This document shows, piece after piece, positions 15,480 through 17,609 of a DNA stretch of 17,609 nt (position 1 is its first letter; every line of letters begins with the position of its first letter). Origin of the DNA: a bacterium (GTDB lineage Bacteria; T1Sed10-126); assembly GCA_003557545.1 (NCBI GenBank), contig PWOD01000039.1, forward strand, positions 1 through 17,609, written 5' to 3'. A program made the translations under genes and the position numbers. The notes beneath the pieces were generated by a model that saw nothing but the letters and a program-made list of their open reading frames with translations, searched no databases and had not been told where the DNA came from.

Positions 15480-16508
15480 TTAATTTTCTTCAGAGATCGA
15501 ATCGAGTTGTTTAACCACCTTATGGAGAAGCCGGGATTTTTCCCTATAACTGAGAAAAGCCGATTTAAAACCATTAATTATCAGACGTTTGACATCCTCC
15601 AGATTAAGTTGATAGTTAGTTGTCGCAAGAAAAAACTCATCGGTAATTGTCGTATCACTAACCGTCCTATTGTCAGTATTGAGACTAACTCTCAGACCTC
15701 GTTGAAAATATTCAGGCAGAGGATGCTCCTCCAGCGAGGTAACCGCACCGGTCTGCAGATTACTTGTGAGACAGATTTCCAGGGGAATCCTATGATCATT
15801 TATATATTCCAGCAGATTTTCATCCTCCAGAAGGCGAACCCCATGACCGATTCGATGAGCCCCACAGTAATGAATAGCCTGATGAATACTTTTCGGGCCA
15901 AAATCTTCTCCCGCATGTACTGTCAGGTTAATATTATGGTTACGAACAAAATAAAAGGCCTCCAGGTGATTTTTGGGAGGGTTTCCCCGTTCCGCCCCGG
16001 CAAGATCCAACGCCACCACTCCCCGTCCCCAGTATTCTGCAACTTTTTCTGCCAGTAACATAGACTGAGATGGGGGGACATGTCGTAAGCCGGTTAAAAT
16101 AAGTCCGGTCGATATAGAAAACTCAGTACCGGCTGACTGCAATCCGCACAGTACGCTGTCAATAACCTGGTTAATCTGCAACCCACCTTCACAGTGCAAA
16201 AAAGGGGCAAATCGCACCTCGAGATGGCAGATATTTTCCTTACTGCAGTCCTCCACCAACTCATAAGCTGTCCGCTCAAGCCGTTCAGAACTCTGCAAAA
16301 GGCTGCAGGGAAGCTCAAACGATTTCAGATAATCAGGAAGACTGGTGGTCGAACTGGATACCTTCAGCTGCTGTTCAAGATCAGACGGTACCGACCGTCC
16401 ATCGTCTCGAAGAAAATCTGCCACAGTCGAAGGCCGCAGTGAACCATCAAGATGACAATGTAAATCGGTTTTAGGGAGAGTTTTTAATAACTGATAATCG
16501 ACCGGCAT
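15480..16508 (-). CDS. add: Adenosine deaminase
   Basis: Metal-binding motifs DLHCHLDGS, TVHAGE, RIGHGV and SLNTDN are present. The protein is 342 aa and collinear with E. coli Add (333 aa). Confidence 0.9.
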   Translation of the reverse strand: MPVDYQLLKTLPKTDLHCHLDGSLRPSTVADFLRDDGRSVPSDLEQQLKVSSSTTSLPDYLKSFELPCSLLQSSERLERTAYELVEDCSKENICHLEVRFAPFLHCEGGLQINQVIDSVLCGLQSAGTEFSISTGLILTGLRHVPPSQSMLLAEKVAEYWGRGVVALDLAGAERGNPPKNHLEAFYFVRNHNINLTVHAGEDFGPKSIHQAIHYCGAHRIGHGVRLLEDENLLEYINDHRIPLEICLTSNLQTGAVTSLEEHPLPEYFQRGLRVSLNTDNRTVSDTTITDEFFLATTNYQLNLEDVKRLIINGFKSAFLSYREKSRLLHKVVKQLDSISEEN

Positions 16509-16579
16509 TCAAACACCAGCTCCTGAAAATTATATTGAGCAAGAAGTAACTTATGATAGCTCTTAAAAACTACATAATA

Positions 16580-16604
16580 GCTTGTAGAATTATGGCTTGT
16601 AGAA
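16580..16604. repeat. Tandem direct repeat GCTTGTAGAA x2 with a 15-bp period in the rsmE-add intergenic region. Candidate regulator site for add.
   Basis: Perfect 10-mers at 16580..16589 and 16595..16604. On the minus strand a perfect TATAAT (plus 16529..16534) and an AGGAG SD lie downstream, toward the add start. Confidence 0.6.
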
Positions 16605-16696
16605 GCTGACAATTCAACCCGGATATCATAAACTAAATCAAACCCCTGCGAGGATAAACTCTACCGGTGAAAATGAAGATTCTGCAGAAAACTATT

Positions 16697-17401
16697 TTAA
16701 CTATTAAGATAATGCAGCCACAGGGTAGCCATCGCCACTGCAGCTGTTTCTGAACGGAGAATTTTCGGACCAAGGGTAACCGGAGTTGCCGGGAGCTGCT
16801 CTAAAAAGTTTTTTTCCTCTGAAGAAAAAGCTCCTTCCGGACCGATTATGATAGCCACGTGGCGAACTGATCCGGGGAAACTTTCGGCTGGATTAGCTCC
16901 ATCAGGATCACCATAAAAAAACTCTTCAACGTCAGCTGTCTTGGCTGGAAAACGGGAAAAATCAACCGGCTGATGAATACGCGGAGTCCAGTCACGCCCG
17001 GTAATTCGCGAGGAGTCTAACGCTATACGACTCCAACGTTCAACCTGGCGAGAAGGGTTTTTCGGTTGTCTAACGGTATAATCTGAAAGTAAGGGTAGAA
17101 AATCAGTTACCCCCAGTTCAGCACCCAGTTTAACTGTGGTTTCAAACTTTTTTTTTCGGGTCAGCGCCTGCAGCATCCACAGCTGATAACCGGGTTTTTC
17201 TGATGGCCTGCTGCTAATTTTTTTCAGTTTAAAAGGGGATATATCTAATATTTCAGTAGTCAGGACCCGCTCCGGGCCGGCAACCTCGATTATTTCACCA
17301 CTCCGAAGCCGTCTGACATTGGTTAGATAATGGACCCAGTAATCAGAATCAAGGGTGAAAAGCTGAGATTCTGGAACTCTATCTTGAAGATATATTTTCA
17401 T
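16697..17401 (-). CDS. rsmE: 16S rRNA (uracil1498-N3)-methyltransferase
   Basis: C-terminal motif IGPEGAFSSEE matches RsmE IGPEGGF. I place the start at ATG 17401 (234 aa), 4 nt after the dnaJ stop. The track's longer ORF from 17470 overlaps dnaJ by 65 nt. Confidence 0.75.
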   Translation of the reverse strand: MKIYLQDRVPESQLFTLDSDYWVHYLTNVRRLRSGEIIEVAGPERVLTTEILDISPFKLKKISSRPSEKPGYQLWMLQALTRKKKFETTVKLGAELGVTDFLPLLSDYTVRQPKNPSRQVERWSRIALDSSRITGRDWTPRIHQPVDFSRFPAKTADVEEFFYGDPDGANPAESFPGSVRHVAIIIGPEGAFSSEEKNFLEQLPATPVTLGPKILRSETAAVAMATLWLHYLNS

Positions 17402-17405
17402 TAAA

Positions 17406-17609
17406 TTAACCGGTGAAAACGTCACGAATTTTTTCAAAAACAGAACGTTCATCCGGTTTAATCTGCTCACCCCGAATTTCTGCCAGCTGCTCGAAGAGTT
17501 TTTCTTCTTCCTCGGTCAGGTCGGTTGGAGTTACAACCTTCACCTGAACGTAAAGGTCACCACGACCCCGGCGACGTAGATGATGAGCTCCCAGTTTTCT
17601 CATGACAAA
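17406..17609 (-). CDS. dnaJ: Chaperone DnaJ, C-terminal end. Partial gene whose 5' end lies beyond the window.
   Basis: The frame is open to the window edge and ends ...RGRGDLYVQVKVVTPTDLTEEEEKLFEQLAEIRG..., which matches the conserved DnaJ C-terminal domain (GDLxxxVxVETPxxLxxxQKxLLxE). Confidence 0.7.
   Translation of the reverse strand, partial: FVMRKLGAHHLRRRGRGDLYVQVKVVTPTDLTEEEEKLFEQLAEIRGEQIKPDERSVFEKIRDVFTG

Noticed and set aside
15507-16442. 183-aa and 82-aa plus-strand ORFs antisense to add
   Set aside because: They are fully contained within adenosine deaminase, whose catalytic motifs are all intact on the opposite strand.
15480-16508. Considered whether the adenosine deaminase could be the RdrB-like effector of a RADAR-type anti-phage system
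   Set aside because: The 342-aa size and colinearity with E. coli Add mark a housekeeping enzyme. There is no large RdrA-like ATPase or any other defence-associated gene nearby.
1-17609. Searched for CRISPR arrays, IS elements or inverted terminal repeats, integrase or recombinase genes, tRNA or rRNA genes and toxin-antitoxin pairs
   Set aside because: No spaced direct-repeat arrays, no transposase or integrase-like ORFs, and no tRNA cloverleaf-sized conserved segments were found. The window is core-genome-like apart from the crt module.

Overview
The window is an AT-rich bacterial chromosomal segment, almost entirely coding, with no rRNA, tRNA, CRISPR, transposase or integrase signatures. 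All calls rest on motif recognition by eye; no searches were run. Layout from left to right:
- (-) The first 29 codons of a zf-HC2 anti-sigma gene, which runs off the window start and is broken by a frameshift in an A7 tract.
- (-) Its cognate ECF sigma factor, preceded by a secreted LTXXQ/Spy-like protein.
- (-) A complete biotin operon, bioB-bioF-bioH-bioC-bioD-bioA.
- (+) Divergently from bioB, a three-gene C30 apocarotenoid module: CrtP/CrtNb-like oxygenase, class-3 aldehyde dehydrogenase, CrtN-like desaturase.
- (-) Convergent with that module, a short-form sufC plus a SufB/D-family gene.
- A 366-bp AT-rich gap.
- (+) A small two-TM protein that looks DUF4282-like, with its own RBS and terminator hairpin.
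- (-) Housekeeping-size adenosine deaminase followed 39 bp later by a TM-less SPFH/band-7 protein.
- (-) rsmE and the 3' end of dnaJ, which runs off the window end.
Three things are most worth follow-up: the anti-sigma frameshift inside a compact ECF envelope-stress-like module, the staphyloxanthin/Methylomonas-type crtP-aldH-crtN block that lacks crtM, crtQ and crtO locally, and the add-SPFH pairing. None of these is proven novel.
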